DNA from: a virus
Direction: 5' to 3' (one strand)
DNA length: 64,000 nucleotides
Virus record (IMG/VR): IMGVR_UViG_3300021963_000049
Location: 32,001-96,000 of that record
The notes under the pieces: generated by a model
Databases searched by the model: none
The model's input: only the letters and a program-made list of their open reading frames with translations
Told to the model about the DNA's origin: nothing
Translations under genes and position numbers: made by a program
In this document: piece by piece, positions 1 through 10,319 of the stretch
Position numbering within the stretch: the first letter of the stretch is position 1
Layout: the number at the start of each line of letters is the position of its first letter

Positions 1-2684
1 GAATACCTACTGAATATTACATGGAGGCATTAAACTATAATCTCTCAAAGCAGAATGTAAAAGAGCTGAATGAAGATGAGGTAGATGACTTTATAAACTC
101 AGATGAGTTCCAGTTGCTGCTTGATGCAGATGAGAATTTCAAAAAATGGTTTAACCTTAATCACATTACCAAAAAAGTCTTTAATAAAAAGCTCAATGAC
201 TATGAAGAGGTATATGATAAGACTAGAGCAAATACTGTTGCTGTACCAAGGAACTCTAAATATATCAAGACTACCAAGATAATAGATACAGAAACTAATC
301 AGGAAATAACTCTTATGGGTGTTCCTAATATTAGACACTCAAGATACCAGGTAAAGAATAAGTACAGAACAATTCCATTTGGAGAAGATAAGTCTCAGTA
401 TGTTGGTAAGTATATAGATAATAAAGGAAACTATTTACCAAGGCCATTTAATCCAAATGATAAAAATAGTGCTAAGGATGCTAGGTTTATCAATAAAGAA
501 TACCTTAAATTAAAAGCTGAGAACTCACCAAGATTCCAATTGTTAGAAGCAATGAAAGAATATTCATTGTCTCAACAAGAAGGCATGTCCAACTATGGTA
601 AGCTATATTTAGATCTACCTAGATATGCTATAAAAAGAATGGATATCTACCAAGTTATGCAGAAAGGTAAGTATGGAGAGAGATTTAAAGAGCTTGGTTC
701 AAATATTAAAGAATGGCTTAAGCAATCAGTTGGTAAGTCAGCTGTAGATTTTGAGAATGACTTAAACTATGATCCAAAAAATAACTTGGTAAATACAAAT
801 CTTCAAGGAGATAGAGTAAGTTATATTCCTGTAACAGGTATCTATAATCTAGATCTAGATATTACTGATGCTGATGTATTAAATGGTTTGTTTAGATATG
901 CTATGTCCATTCAAAGCCAGGGTAAATTATATGAAAGTTTACCATTAGTTGAAGGTTTGTTAGATACATTAGAGGATCCGGCAAATAAGCCTAAAAATCT
1001 TGATAAGTTCCAGAAAGGAATGTTTAATCTAAGAAACAAACTACAAAATGTAAATAAAGAAGGAGCTACAAACAATAGACTTGGACAGTTAAGGTCACTA
1101 ATTGAAAGAGAATACTATGGTAAAAGAGTTGTTGGTATGGAGGAAAACCATCCAAGAATTTCTAAATGGCTTCAGACTATTCAAGGATTATCAGCTAGAG
1201 GATCTCTTGCTGTAAACATTCCTTCAGACTTAAAGAATAAATACTCTGGGTATGTCCAAACTCTTATTGAAGCTGCAGGAGGTGAATTTATAACATTAAA
1301 AGATCTTGCATTAGCAACTCCGTGGGCTACTAAAACTATGTTAGAGTGGACTAGTAAAGGTATCTATGCAGTTGGGCCGGGCCCATTATCCACACAAATA
1401 GTAGAAATATTTGACCCAGCATTTAAAACTAAAGATGAATTTGGTAGATCTGTAACAAGAAGTTTATTCAAAGACTTAGTTAATGGTGAGTGGATGTACA
1501 TGCATAGAAAGTTTGGTGAGATGGAAGTAGCAATGAAGCTATTTGGATCTTTTATGTATGGACAAAAAGTAGATCAAATGCTATCTGATGGTAAAGTAAA
1601 GTCTATAAGATACATTGATGCTTGGGAGAAAGATCCTGAAACTGGAATTGCAAGATTAAAGAAAGGTATACACCCGGCATGGAGTAATTTATCAGTATTC
1701 CATACTTATATAAAAGGTGAGACACTAGAGGAGATAGCAAAGAAATACTATATTACAAAAGAAGAGTTGATGGCTAAAAATAAAATTAAGTCAGAGACTC
1801 AGTTGGAAGATGGTCAGGAGATTATAATTGCAAAATCTGAGAAGTTTAAAGCATTTAAAAATCAAATACAAGGAGTATCAAGAAAACTCTTTGGGGTTTA
1901 TGATGAATTTGGTCAGCCAGAGGGTAATAAATTAATGCTCTATAGAATGTTTATGTTCTTAAGAAAGTGGTTTACACCAATGCTTGTGAATAGATTTGGT
2001 ATGGACACATCTAAAGAAAACTTTGGTAACTATAGATATGACTGGGCATTAGGTAAATATACTAAAGGTTACTATGTTAGTGCTTTCCAAACTTTATGGG
2101 GATTAATAAAGAGCAAAGGTCAGGATTATAAATACATGTCCAAAGATCAAAAAGCTGCGCTTATTAAAACTGCATCTGAAGCTCTGGCAATGATAATGTT
2201 TACTTTAATTGTAAGTGCTCTATTTGGATTTGATCCAGATGATGAAGAAAAATGGAAAAAATTAAAAGCTAAATCTGGGCCTTTATTTAGCCCAACATTT
2301 AAAACCTATGGTTGGTTATCAAATCATGCTCTTAATTTAATATTAGGAATTGAAGCTGAGACAGGTGCCTTTATTCCATTACCAAGTATCTTTGGAATGA
2401 ATCTAGGATCTGATGATTATATCAAAATGCTAACTTCAACTTCAGCTGCATTCTCAAATACATTGGTATTATATACACAAATACTTGGGGACTTCTTTAA
2501 CTTTATTACTTTTGATGAAGCTGATAGATATAAAAAAGAAACTGGTCCATACTGGTGGCAACAAAAAGGTTCATTAAAGTTATGGGGTAGATTATTTAAA
2601 ACTATAGGATTTACAGGAATTAGTGGTAGACCAGAGACTTTAATTGAAAACATGCAAGAAAGTGCAACTAGAATAGGTGGTTAA
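1..2684 (+). CDS. C-terminal part of giant virion/cargo-type protein with an inserted LysM domain (5' truncated by window edge)
   Basis: Frame is open from the window start (ata cct act gaa tat tac ATG); >887 aa. LysM-like segment HTYIKGETLEEIAKKYYITKEELMAKNKIKSETQLEDGQEIII at ~1700-1830; hydrophobic helix near the C-terminus. Position at the end of a + strand block matches crAss-like giant ejected proteins. Confidence 0.7.
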   Translation, partial: IPTEYYMEALNYNLSKQNVKELNEDEVDDFINSDEFQLLLDADENFKKWFNLNHITKKVFNKKLNDYEEVYDKTRANTVAVPRNSKYIKTTKIIDTETNQEITLMGVPNIRHSRYQVKNKYRTIPFGEDKSQYVGKYIDNKGNYLPRPFNPNDKNSAKDARFINKEYLKLKAENSPRFQLLEAMKEYSLSQQEGMSNYGKLYLDLPRYAIKRMDIYQVMQKGKYGERFKELGSNIKEWLKQSVGKSAVDFENDLNYDPKNNLVNTNLQGDRVSYIPVTGIYNLDLDITDADVLNGLFRYAMSIQSQGKLYESLPLVEGLLDTLEDPANKPKNLDKFQKGMFNLRNKLQNVNKEGATNNRLGQLRSLIEREYYGKRVVGMEENHPRISKWLQTIQGLSARGSLAVNIPSDLKNKYSGYVQTLIEAAGGEFITLKDLALATPWATKTMLEWTSKGIYAVGPGPLSTQIVEIFDPAFKTKDEFGRSVTRSLFKDLVNGEWMYMHRKFGEMEVAMKLFGSFMYGQKVDQMLSDGKVKSIRYIDAWEKDPETGIARLKKGIHPAWSNLSVFHTYIKGETLEEIAKKYYITKEELMAKNKIKSETQLEDGQEIIIAKSEKFKAFKNQIQGVSRKLFGVYDEFGQPEGNKLMLYRMFMFLRKWFTPMLVNRFGMDTSKENFGNYRYDWALGKYTKGYYVSAFQTLWGLIKSKGQDYKYMSKDQKAALIKTASEALAMIMFTLIVSALFGFDPDDEEKWKKLKAKSGPLFSPTFKTYGWLSNHALNLILGIEAETGAFIPLPSIFGMNLGSDDYIKMLTSTSAAFSNTLVLYTQILGDFFNFITFDEADRYKKETGPYWWQQKGSLKLWGRLFKTIGFTGISGRPETLIENMQESATRIGG

Positions 2685-2697
2685 TAATAAATAGAAA

Positions 2698-2838
2698 ATG
2701 GCAAAGGCAACTTCAGGAACAGTAAAAAGATTTGAAAAAAGTAGAGTGTCAAGACCTGGTATTCATGCTAAGACAAAGACATCTAAGCTTAAGAAATCTA
2801 AGAATTACCGCAAGGCATATAGAGCTCAGGGCCGGTAA
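2698..2838 (+). CDS. Small basic phage protein (46 aa, MAKATSG...KNYRKAYRAQGR)
   Basis: Read by hand, not in the ORF track. ATG at 2698 after an A-rich leader, TAA at 2836-2838, immediately followed by a terminator. Confidence 0.75.
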   Translation: MAKATSGTVKRFEKSRVSRPGIHAKTKTSKLKKSKNYRKAYRAQGR

Positions 2839-2840
2839 GA

Positions 2841-2875
2841 AAAAAAAAGGGGAACCCGAAGGCTCCCCATTTTAT
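2841..2875. terminator. Bidirectional intrinsic terminator between convergent gene blocks
   Basis: A-run, GGGGAACC-CGAA-GGCTCCCC hairpin, then T-rich tract, at the point where + and - operons converge. Confidence 0.8.
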
Positions 2876-3060
2876 TCTTCTTCATCACAGCAGTCACATT
2901 CTTCTGACTCTTGTGGTCCATATTCATTATCAAACCATTCTCTGGCTTGTGATTTATTAGGCATTTCATAATAGCCACAATACATACTGCTTGCTCCAGC
3001 TAGATATGCTTCAAGCATAGCTTTTTTAAATGCTGTTGGATGCATCTTGTTCATTGTCAA
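2872..3060 (-). CDS. Hypothetical protein with Cys/acidic C-terminus
   Basis: 62-aa ORF overlapping the upstream gene end and ending at the terminator. Confidence 0.6.
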   Translation of the reverse strand: MTMNKMHPTAFKKAMLEAYLAGASSMYCGYYEMPNKSQAREWFDNEYGPQESEECDCCDEEE

Positions 3061-3433
3061 TTATATCTTTAATTTGAGGCGGGAAATAACCGGGCCCTTT
3101 TAATATTTTACCATCTTGTCTAAAGATAGGTTTACCATCTTCTCCAAGCTTACTCATATTACTAGACTGTATTCTATCAAATACTTCTTCTATAATATGT
3201 TGCATACCATGTGTAAGTATGGTACCACATAAAATATATAACTGGTCTCCCAAAGCATCAGCAATCTCTACTAAAGAGTTCTTATAGCAAGCTTCTAAAT
3301 ACTCATCATTCTCCTCCTTCATAAGACTATGTCTTAGATTATATATACCATTGGGTACATTCTGTGGCCACTTACCATCTTTCTGACCAAATGCTTTATG
3401 AAATTCTGCTACAGCATCTAATTGTTTCTTCAT
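3026..3433 (-). CDS. MazG-like/PRA-PH family NTP pyrophosphohydrolase
   Basis: EENDEYLEA and EIADALGDQLY acidic helices, SNMSKL...DGKILKGP motif typical of the family. Confidence 0.85.
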   Translation of the reverse strand: MKKQLDAVAEFHKAFGQKDGKWPQNVPNGIYNLRHSLMKEENDEYLEACYKNSLVEIADALGDQLYILCGTILTHGMQHIIEEVFDRIQSSNMSKLGEDGKPIFRQDGKILKGPGYFPPQIKDIIDNEQDASNSI

Positions 3434-3446
3434 ATTTTATTTTTTG

Positions 3447-3454
3447 CAAAGATA
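3447..3454 (-). promoter_or_regulatory. Bacteroidota-type -7 promoter element (TATCTTTG)
   Basis: Matches TAnnTTTG just upstream of the MazG-like start and just after a terminator. Confidence 0.6.
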
Positions 3455-3491
3455 AAAAAAGGAAGACAGCAACTGCCATCTTCCCTTTTTT
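3454..3491. terminator. Intrinsic terminator
   Basis: A-run, GGAAGA...TCTTCC stem, T-run. Confidence 0.65.
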
Positions 3492-3519
3492 GTTGTTGAT
3501 CTACTTTGTCAAGCAGCTT

Positions 3520-4803
3520 TTAAAAAAAGTCTGGGCCTTCTTCAGTTGGTTCATCAGTAAAATCATCTAAGTCCCAATTAAAACTTTCTTGTTGTTCTTC
3601 TTCTGTAAGCAAACTAAATCCTTGACTTGTTTGTGGCACAGGTGTAGTGTCTATAATTTCTAAGTTAGCTTCTTCTTCTAATTCAAAGTTATCTTCTTCA
3701 GCAAATGGATTTTCTTCTTGTTGAAGTTGCTCAGCTTCAAAAATCATATGATCTTCTGGTGTTGGTTCCAATGAAGGACTGGTTTCCCATATTAAAGCTT
3801 CTAAAACTTCAGTATCTTCTTTAGCTTGTTCTACCATTTTCTCTTCAAGCATTTCAGTAAATGTTTCTACAACAGGAACTTCAAAGCTATTACCTTGAGG
3901 ATCAGTGTATTGAATGACCTCATCTAAAGTAACACTTGAAGCTTCTTCTTGCTGATTTTCAATTTCAGCTATTTGAATTAGAATATTAGTCTGGTTTTCT
4001 GGTTGACCATAATTATTAGCTAATGGGTCTTCTATGGTTTCACTAACAGTGTTGATAGGTTCTTCTATCTGTGCAGGTGCACTGCACTGCTGGAAGTTAT
4101 AGATACTAGAAATAAAATGATGAAGAATTCTCTGATCTTCCATCCAGGTTCTTGGATGTGATTGTTGTAGAGCAAGAGTAACATAGTTATAAAAGGCCCA
4201 AAGACTATCATTACTTTCAAATGTAAAAGATGGTTTTTTCATTTGGTCTCTAATAAAACTTGCTTGTTCTGTAGTTAGAATTCCATACTCTGCAAACAAT
4301 ACACCTAAGAGCTGAGCTTGTTTTCTTGTGTTTAGCATCATCTCTTTCATGGCTGCTTTATCAGAAACTAACTGGTTATAATACATGTAAGCATTTGTTA
4401 CATAATCATCAATTGTAGCTTTTGTTTCTGTATCTGCAGTTCCCATATGCTTTCTAACCCAGCTACCCATATCACCAGAAATCATAACTGAGCCGGTATC
4501 ATTTATATAAGCACCAACCACACATTTAAACTTTACTTGTTTATTATAACTGTTTGTCCAAGCAAACATCATTGATAACTCAGGATCAGAATTAAACTGA
4601 AGTTTATAAATTCCCTGAGCAATTTGTCCATCAGCAGTACATCTGTACTCTTCTTCTACAATACCAAACCCTCCATTAGCAAGGGCTTGATAAGCATAAT
4701 CAATTACAAATTGGTGACTAATTACAGTATAAGTAGCACCATGATTTGGTAAAGGCACACTAATAATATGTGCCTTTGTTGTGTTTTGAATTTTCTTTGG
4801 CAT
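3520..4803 (-). CDS. DUF932-like protein with long acidic C-terminal tail
   Basis: N-terminal PLPNHGATYTVISHQFVID, AWTNSYNK and SLWAFYNYVT resemble DUF932-type phage proteins; the C-terminal ~180 aa are E/D-rich. Confidence 0.6.
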   Translation of the reverse strand: MPKKIQNTTKAHIISVPLPNHGATYTVISHQFVIDYAYQALANGGFGIVEEEYRCTADGQIAQGIYKLQFNSDPELSMMFAWTNSYNKQVKFKCVVGAYINDTGSVMISGDMGSWVRKHMGTADTETKATIDDYVTNAYMYYNQLVSDKAAMKEMMLNTRKQAQLLGVLFAEYGILTTEQASFIRDQMKKPSFTFESNDSLWAFYNYVTLALQQSHPRTWMEDQRILHHFISSIYNFQQCSAPAQIEEPINTVSETIEDPLANNYGQPENQTNILIQIAEIENQQEEASSVTLDEVIQYTDPQGNSFEVPVVETFTEMLEEKMVEQAKEDTEVLEALIWETSPSLEPTPEDHMIFEAEQLQQEENPFAEEDNFELEEEANLEIIDTTPVPQTSQGFSLLTEEEQQESFNWDLDDFTDEPTEEGPDFF

Positions 4804-4804
4804 T

Positions 4805-6703
4805 TTAAAATAAACTTAATTGGTTTAAATTTGGTTCAAGAGAAGCTATCTCTTTCTTTATCCTTTGTAGATAATAGTCATAGTTGATACTATAATTAGA
4901 AAAGTCTTGCTCTTCATGATCAATATAGACTGTTTGGAGCCAAGGTCCGGCTTCTACTTGTATTTCTCTAGAGTCAGTAAGATTTGTTTTAATAATCTTA
5001 CTACCTTTTTTAGATATATAATATCTGATTGTATGCTGCAGAGGAGTCTTTAAATATTCTCCATCAACTACTTTGTGTTCATAAAACTTCCAGTCACCTT
5101 TTATTTTTACACCACCACAAAAATCAAATATATTTGTGTTAGCTTTAATAAAGTCTTCTGGTCTTATTCCTTTAACAAAATATGCCTGGAGTGCTTTTGG
5201 TATAATTAAGAAGCTCTTGTTTTTATGAAGAGCTAAGTTATCATACTCAAATCTACCTTTACATTTAGACTTACCATCCTCTGTTACAGCAATATAATTA
5301 TTTACATCACCAAGAACAATCTTAGAATATGTACCGTGTTCTAACTCAAGACTGGTAATTTCTTCCCATCTTTTGCAGATCTCCATATACTTATCCATAT
5401 ATTCTCTTGGAATCATAGTCTCTAAACCATCAGTATTCTGCATAAGTGGAACTGCTCCGGGAATTTCTTCACAGATCATTTCATACAGCATGCTTAGACT
5501 TAGCTGACCATTGATAGTAATCCTCATAGTAAACTCAGGATCATATAGAAAACTATTCTCATCATTACTTAAACCATAAGTAGAATTTAGAATAATCTTA
5601 TATACATAATTCTTAGGATTGCTCTTAGGTATTTTCTTTCTTTCTTCAAAGAACCATTCATACAAAGCACAGAATTCTTCTTTTGGCAAGTGTGCCGGAG
5701 CCCATTTATTTCTAATTGCAAGATTAGGATAATAACTGACAACATCTGAAGTCATGATAACCATATCTTGGTTAGACTTATAAACTTTAGTAGTTCTGGC
5801 ACCATGAATACCACCAAGACCATAATCTGTCTTTACACCTTTATACTTTATAGAATATTTAAAACCACCTTTAGTTTCTTCTGGAAATATAGTTATATCC
5901 TGAAATTTCTTTAACAAAGTCTGAAAGGTTGCAGTTTTAAATTCTATATAAGGTAAGATTATATCTTTAACCACAATCTTACTCCTATGAGTTCTCATGT
6001 TTCTAAGATCATATTTCTTGATCCCAGTTTGCTTACTCAAAAAGTATAAGAATAGTTCTTTAGATATTCTTGGCTCAGAAGCAGAAAATAAATCAATATT
6101 ATACTCTTCAGTTAAAGATTTTCTTAGTGAAATTTGCTCTTTACTTAGATGCATAATTGCCTTAGTAGACTTAACATCATTAATACAATAGGTTATAATC
6201 TCAGGAATTTGTTCTGCAGTAACTTCAGTAGTATGATGAATTGGCATATCTATAATATTCTTCCAATCCATACTAAACTGAATCCACTTTAAACTAGATC
6301 TCTTAGCATTATTGTCCCAGTGATTAAGCTTATAAACATCTACTTGTCTAATACTTAAATCTCTTGGACTAAATTCTAAGAACTGCCCTTCATTACTTCT
6401 TCTGATTGTATCCTGTGCTTTGCCATATAAGAACTTGGCAATGGTCTTACCATCTTGTTCTATTAACTGTTCTGCATTCTTTAGGATGTGCTCGGTGATT
6501 TGGCTATCAAAACCAATCCCATTAAAACTAACATGCCATTCATCCCGGTCTTTATTCCCAAGCAAGAAATATACTAAGCTTGTGATATCATTCCTAGACT
6601 CATGGCATACAAAGATCTCTTGATCTTCTGATCTGATATCTTCAAACACTGCAATAAAACAGTTGCTTAAAGTCTCATAATCCATTACCCAATGTGTTCT
6701 CAT
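4805..6703 (-). CDS. polB: Family B DNA polymerase (crAss-like)
   Basis: ExoI DYET, ExoII FNGIGFD, ExoIII YCIND; polymerase motifs DVVSYYPN, KIILNSTYG, NTDG. Confidence 0.95.
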   Translation of the reverse strand: MRTHWVMDYETLSNCFIAVFEDIRSEDQEIFVCHESRNDITSLVYFLLGNKDRDEWHVSFNGIGFDSQITEHILKNAEQLIEQDGKTIAKFLYGKAQDTIRRSNEGQFLEFSPRDLSIRQVDVYKLNHWDNNAKRSSLKWIQFSMDWKNIIDMPIHHTTEVTAEQIPEIITYCINDVKSTKAIMHLSKEQISLRKSLTEEYNIDLFSASEPRISKELFLYFLSKQTGIKKYDLRNMRTHRSKIVVKDIILPYIEFKTATFQTLLKKFQDITIFPEETKGGFKYSIKYKGVKTDYGLGGIHGARTTKVYKSNQDMVIMTSDVVSYYPNLAIRNKWAPAHLPKEEFCALYEWFFEERKKIPKSNPKNYVYKIILNSTYGLSNDENSFLYDPEFTMRITINGQLSLSMLYEMICEEIPGAVPLMQNTDGLETMIPREYMDKYMEICKRWEEITSLELEHGTYSKIVLGDVNNYIAVTEDGKSKCKGRFEYDNLALHKNKSFLIIPKALQAYFVKGIRPEDFIKANTNIFDFCGGVKIKGDWKFYEHKVVDGEYLKTPLQHTIRYYISKKGSKIIKTNLTDSREIQVEAGPWLQTVYIDHEEQDFSNYSINYDYYLQRIKKEIASLEPNLNQLSLF

Positions 6704-6930
6704 CTTACCTTTTTAAATAAACCTTCATAAATTGGATCTTGTAATTTTTTACTGTCAATCCATACTCTTGTTTCATTAGGCATTATTGCTTCACATTCTG
6801 AACAATGCTCAATCCTTTCTGAATGATTAGGACTACAACAGTTGCATTTAATTGGAAAATTAAAATAGGTAATTCTTAATGGACCATCTATTTCACAATA
6901 CTGACAAGGTCCCCATGGTAATTCTCCCAT
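6700..6930 (-). CDS. Cys-rich hypothetical protein
   Basis: 76 aa with CxxC, CxC and HCxxC; stop overlaps the polymerase start (ATGA). Confidence 0.65.
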   Translation of the reverse strand: MGELPWGPCQYCEIDGPLRITYFNFPIKCNCCSPNHSERIEHCSECEAIMPNETRVWIDSKKLQDPIYEGLFKKVR

Positions 6931-6971
6931 AATACTTGTGTTCAGTTAAGCTGTTCCCCCATTTAGTTTAT

Positions 6972-7005
6972 AAAAAATTCTAGGGTATTGTGAGTACCCT
7001 AGAAT
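6972..7005 (-). terminator. Intrinsic terminator
   Basis: ATTCTAGGGTA/TACCCTAGAAT inverted repeat with A-run on the left (U-tract on the - strand). Confidence 0.7.
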
Positions 7006-7018
7006 AATTATTAATTAA

Positions 7019-7375
7019 TTATTTGGATACTTCAGCCTCCATAAAAGCATTATAGTCAAATGTATCTGCATTTACTGCAAATCCATGTACTAAATCTTTA
7101 ATAGCTACTTTATCTTCAATGTAGAACTCCTGAAATACTTCCAGCTTGTGTCTTTCTTGTTTGATACCTTTGGCACCAGAAAGAGCTTGACCATAATCAT
7201 CTAGCTTAGGAAGCATGTGCAAGGTTACCTTCTTAATTTTAGATATGATAACAAATACTTTGCTATCAGGATCAAATATACATTCTACATAAGGACATGA
7301 TTCTGTTAAAGGAATCAGTCTAAAAGTTTGTTTGTCCTGCCAAGTGGCTTGGACCATCATCATTGATTTTTCCAT
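7019..7375 (-). CDS. Conserved crAss-like hypothetical protein
   Basis: 118-aa ORF in operon context (CPYVECIFDP, HMLPKLDD); TAAATTTG element upstream at 7392-7399. Confidence 0.75.
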   Translation of the reverse strand: MEKSMMMVQATWQDKQTFRLIPLTESCPYVECIFDPDSKVFVIISKIKKVTLHMLPKLDDYGQALSGAKGIKQERHKLEVFQEFYIEDKVAIKDLVHGFAVNADTFDYNAFMEAEVSK

Positions 7376-7388
7376 TTTGTTGATTTTT

Positions 7389-7961
7389 TTACAAATTTAG
7401 TTTAGTTTCTATATTTTCCAAGTCTGCAACAGCCATTATTAGTTGTTCTTTTTCTAAATCAGGTTTGCTACAGAGCTCACCAACTGAGATAAGAGTTTCA
7501 ACATCTACTCCTAAAAGCTCTGCATAATTACTATAATGCTTCTCAGGAAGCAAATAACTATGCATATAGGAATAATTGCCACTATACTTATCAAAGAAGT
7601 TTAAAATTTGTTGCTTTAAATTCAGACTTAGTTTGCTGTATTTACCATTCAGAAAGTGTGACCAATCATCACCTAAATCAGAAAAATCAAATGTTACAAC
7701 TGTTGTGCTATCATTTACTCTTACAAAGTCATTCAGCCTAGTATGCTTGAGTAATATATTTTTCTCAAACTGTACATACTCTGCATCTTCTCTACTATGA
7801 TATACACATACCAGTTTCATATCCTCGGGAGCATATGTGTCATTCCAACTAAGATAAGTCTCAGCCGGAATTACACTTGTCCCTCTTTTAATTCCAAGGA
7901 GCGGATATATAAAAACCTTGGACTTTTGAAAGTATTTACTATACACAGAACTTAAAGCCAT
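7389..7961 (-). CDS. Hypothetical protein
   Basis: 190-aa ORF, tightly packed in the replication operon. Confidence 0.8.
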   Translation of the reverse strand: MALSSVYSKYFQKSKVFIYPLLGIKRGTSVIPAETYLSWNDTYAPEDMKLVCVYHSREDAEYVQFEKNILLKHTRLNDFVRVNDSTTVVTFDFSDLGDDWSHFLNGKYSKLSLNLKQQILNFFDKYSGNYSYMHSYLLPEKHYSNYAELLGVDVETLISVGELCSKPDLEKEQLIMAVADLENIETKLNL

Positions 7962-7966
7962 AAAAT

Positions 7967-8986
7967 TTACAATTTTGTATTACCTACTGCTAAGTCATAT
8001 GGTAGATCATATCTCTTGTTCTTATAGTGCCATTCAGCAATTTTAAGAACTTGTTTAAAATCTATTCTCCATTGTGACATAGATTCTTCTGACACTTGGA
8101 AAGGATAAACTAAATTGTATTTGTCAATTACAATATAAGTTACTTGCATTTTCCAAAGGTGTTTGTCTGGCATGTCTTTTAAGAATTTATCTGCAGCTAG
8201 TACAATATAGATAACAGCTTGTATCCAATATTTGTAATACTCAACAGCTTCAGGAAAATCTTGAATAGACTTGCCAGTTGTCTTTAAATCATTAATAAAA
8301 ATTGTTTTAGACTGCTTATCAATAACTATGTTATCAAGAACTCCATGAAGACCAAAAGGCAATCTGTCATGATCCATCTGAATATGCAACTCATTATATA
8401 CTTCAATGTGATCATCTTCCTCTGTCTTATCTAGCTGTAATAAAGCTCTTACATCCTTATTACTTTTTAGTATCTCTACCTGTGCTTTGCAGCCATCCAA
8501 AGTAGGTTGATCTACTACTATTTTGTCTAAACTTTTCTTGAGGAATTCAAAATACTCTTTATTCTCTTCAGTGAGAACTTTTTCTATTCTTTGAGCATCT
8601 GTTTTAAGGGCTTGATAAAGATTTGCTACAAGTAGCTGTGTGAGTATATCTTGAGAGTAGTCTTCCAAAAGTAAAGAATTATTTCCAACTGAGCAATGTA
8701 TCCGGAAAATATTATCAATAATTTTTCTTTGACTGTCTGTAGGAAACTTCCCTGGCATGCTCATAAACTTATCATCATATGTATCAGGTTCAAATAATAG
8801 ACAGTGCAGGACACTCCCTCCTATGAGGTGAGCATCCTTACTATCTTCTCTTTGGTTGAGCACATAATGGTTATAAAAAGCTGCGGGTGAAAAAAGTAGT
8901 TTGTTTAAACCACTGTAGCTAAAATAAAATTTCTTCTGATAGAATTTTTCTAATTCATCAGAACCACTCAAAGTCACTGGTGTCAT
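7967..8986 (-). CDS. PD-(D/E)XK exonuclease (RecE/ExoVIII-like)
   Basis: FSYSGLNKL, GSVLHCLL, GVLDNI...INDLKT and YWIQAVIY motifs. Confidence 0.85.
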   Translation of the reverse strand: MTPVTLSGSDELEKFYQKKFYFSYSGLNKLLFSPAAFYNHYVLNQREDSKDAHLIGGSVLHCLLFEPDTYDDKFMSMPGKFPTDSQRKIIDNIFRIHCSVGNNSLLLEDYSQDILTQLLVANLYQALKTDAQRIEKVLTEENKEYFEFLKKSLDKIVVDQPTLDGCKAQVEILKSNKDVRALLQLDKTEEDDHIEVYNELHIQMDHDRLPFGLHGVLDNIVIDKQSKTIFINDLKTTGKSIQDFPEAVEYYKYWIQAVIYIVLAADKFLKDMPDKHLWKMQVTYIVIDKYNLVYPFQVSEESMSQWRIDFKQVLKIAEWHYKNKRYDLPYDLAVGNTKL

Positions 8987-10226
8987 TTTTCTCTTCTGTT
9001 TGATTAATATTTAATTCTTCTTCAGGGACCCCTGTAGACTCTTCTAATTCTATTAACTCTGACTTAAGCTCATTTCTCTCAATTCTTAGTAATGCAGTTT
9101 CTATATCTTCATCAATAATTTCATGCTCCTGAAAAAGGGTGGCTTCAGAAGCTCCTTCTGGAACAAAGTCTTCTAGATGCTGATAACTATAATTAGTATT
9201 TACTATCTTAAGAGCTTCTTCATTTATAGTAATGGTCTTTACTTTAAAATAAGTTGTGCTACCAGAATCATAAATTTCATCAGAATAATTGGCCATTAGA
9301 ATATTTAGCTTATCAGTATCAAGAACACCCTTGTTTATTAAAGACATTACTATTTCGTCAATACTAGTACTCATATAATTTTTATTCTTACCAAGATAGC
9401 CTAGCAAAGATTTAAAATTAACATGGTTCTTAGTATGACAGTTACTCATTTGGTAATAGTGCTCTTTAAATAACATTTCAATATACAGCAAGCTTTCTAG
9501 ATAATTAGAATTTGCCATAATCTCCATGGCCAAGATATGATTATCATTATCTGAACTCTCAAACATATCAGATAACTGCTCAAACATAGCACCATCTATA
9601 ATAACTGCATCTTGTCCATTAATATGTTTAAGTAATTTGCTTTCATTATATACTTTAATATTTAAAACATGTGGAAAATAGGCCTTGTAGCTATCATTCA
9701 CTTTATAAAAAGAGTTAGAATATTGCAAAGAGCTAACTACTTCTGGAATTTGTCTTGCCCCATAAAATAATTTTGAGTTTCTAATCTCACTAGATGAACT
9801 ATAACTTATAAATATTACATCCTCTTTATAAAATTCCAATGCAGATTCTACATTCTCTGAATAATACTCATCAACATATTCTTTTACAGATTCAAATACT
9901 TGTTTAAATAGCTCTGTTGGCATACTATAATACCAGCTATGATCAGATATTTTATGTACTGTAGATCTACATGCAAAAATATGTGTAGCATCTTCAATAT
10001 ATCTCACAGATTTAATACCATATTCCATGGTTAAATCTTTCAATTTTACTCTTGGTATGTTTACTCCAGGTAAAAAATATAACTTATCTCCCTTGGTAGG
10101 AATATAATCATCATCTGATAATGGTATACCAGAACTAGATGTATCAATAGTACCAAATACTGGTTCTACTTTTATTTGTACATCACTACTATTTGTTTCA
10201 ATTTCAAAATATAAATAGTTCTTCAT
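8958..10226 (-). CDS. Hypothetical protein, possible N-terminal BRCT-like region
   Basis: 422-aa ORF. KLYFLPG...IKSVRYIEDATHIF resembles BRCT-like segments; carries the MFESSDNDNHILAMEIM motif. Confidence 0.7.
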   Translation of the reverse strand: MKNYLYFEIETNSSDVQIKVEPVFGTIDTSSSGIPLSDDDYIPTKGDKLYFLPGVNIPRVKLKDLTMEYGIKSVRYIEDATHIFACRSTVHKISDHSWYYSMPTELFKQVFESVKEYVDEYYSENVESALEFYKEDVIFISYSSSSEIRNSKLFYGARQIPEVVSSLQYSNSFYKVNDSYKAYFPHVLNIKVYNESKLLKHINGQDAVIIDGAMFEQLSDMFESSDNDNHILAMEIMANSNYLESLLYIEMLFKEHYYQMSNCHTKNHVNFKSLLGYLGKNKNYMSTSIDEIVMSLINKGVLDTDKLNILMANYSDEIYDSGSTTYFKVKTITINEEALKIVNTNYSYQHLEDFVPEGASEATLFQEHEIIDEDIETALLRIERNELKSELIELEESTGVPEEELNINQTEEKNDTSDFEWF

Positions 10227-10239
10227 AGATTTAATATTA

Positions 10240-10265
10240 ATAGAGGGAGACTTATCCCCCTCTAT
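10240..10265 (-). terminator. Hairpin, possible terminator
   Basis: TAGAGGG...CCCTCTA inverted repeat between genes; weak U-tract. Confidence 0.45.
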
Positions 10266-10319
10266 GTTTGTTTTAATTAAATTAATGGCTCACTAAAGGG
10301 GAAAATCCTTTATGTTGAT

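Noticed and set aside
21-2684. Virion RNA polymerase call for the first ORF
   Set aside because: No DxDxD-type catalytic motif is evident in the visible part; it can only be called a giant virion-type protein.
2732-2971. 79-aa track ORF on the + strand
   Set aside because: Runs through the bidirectional terminator; the 2698-2838 frame is the better gene.
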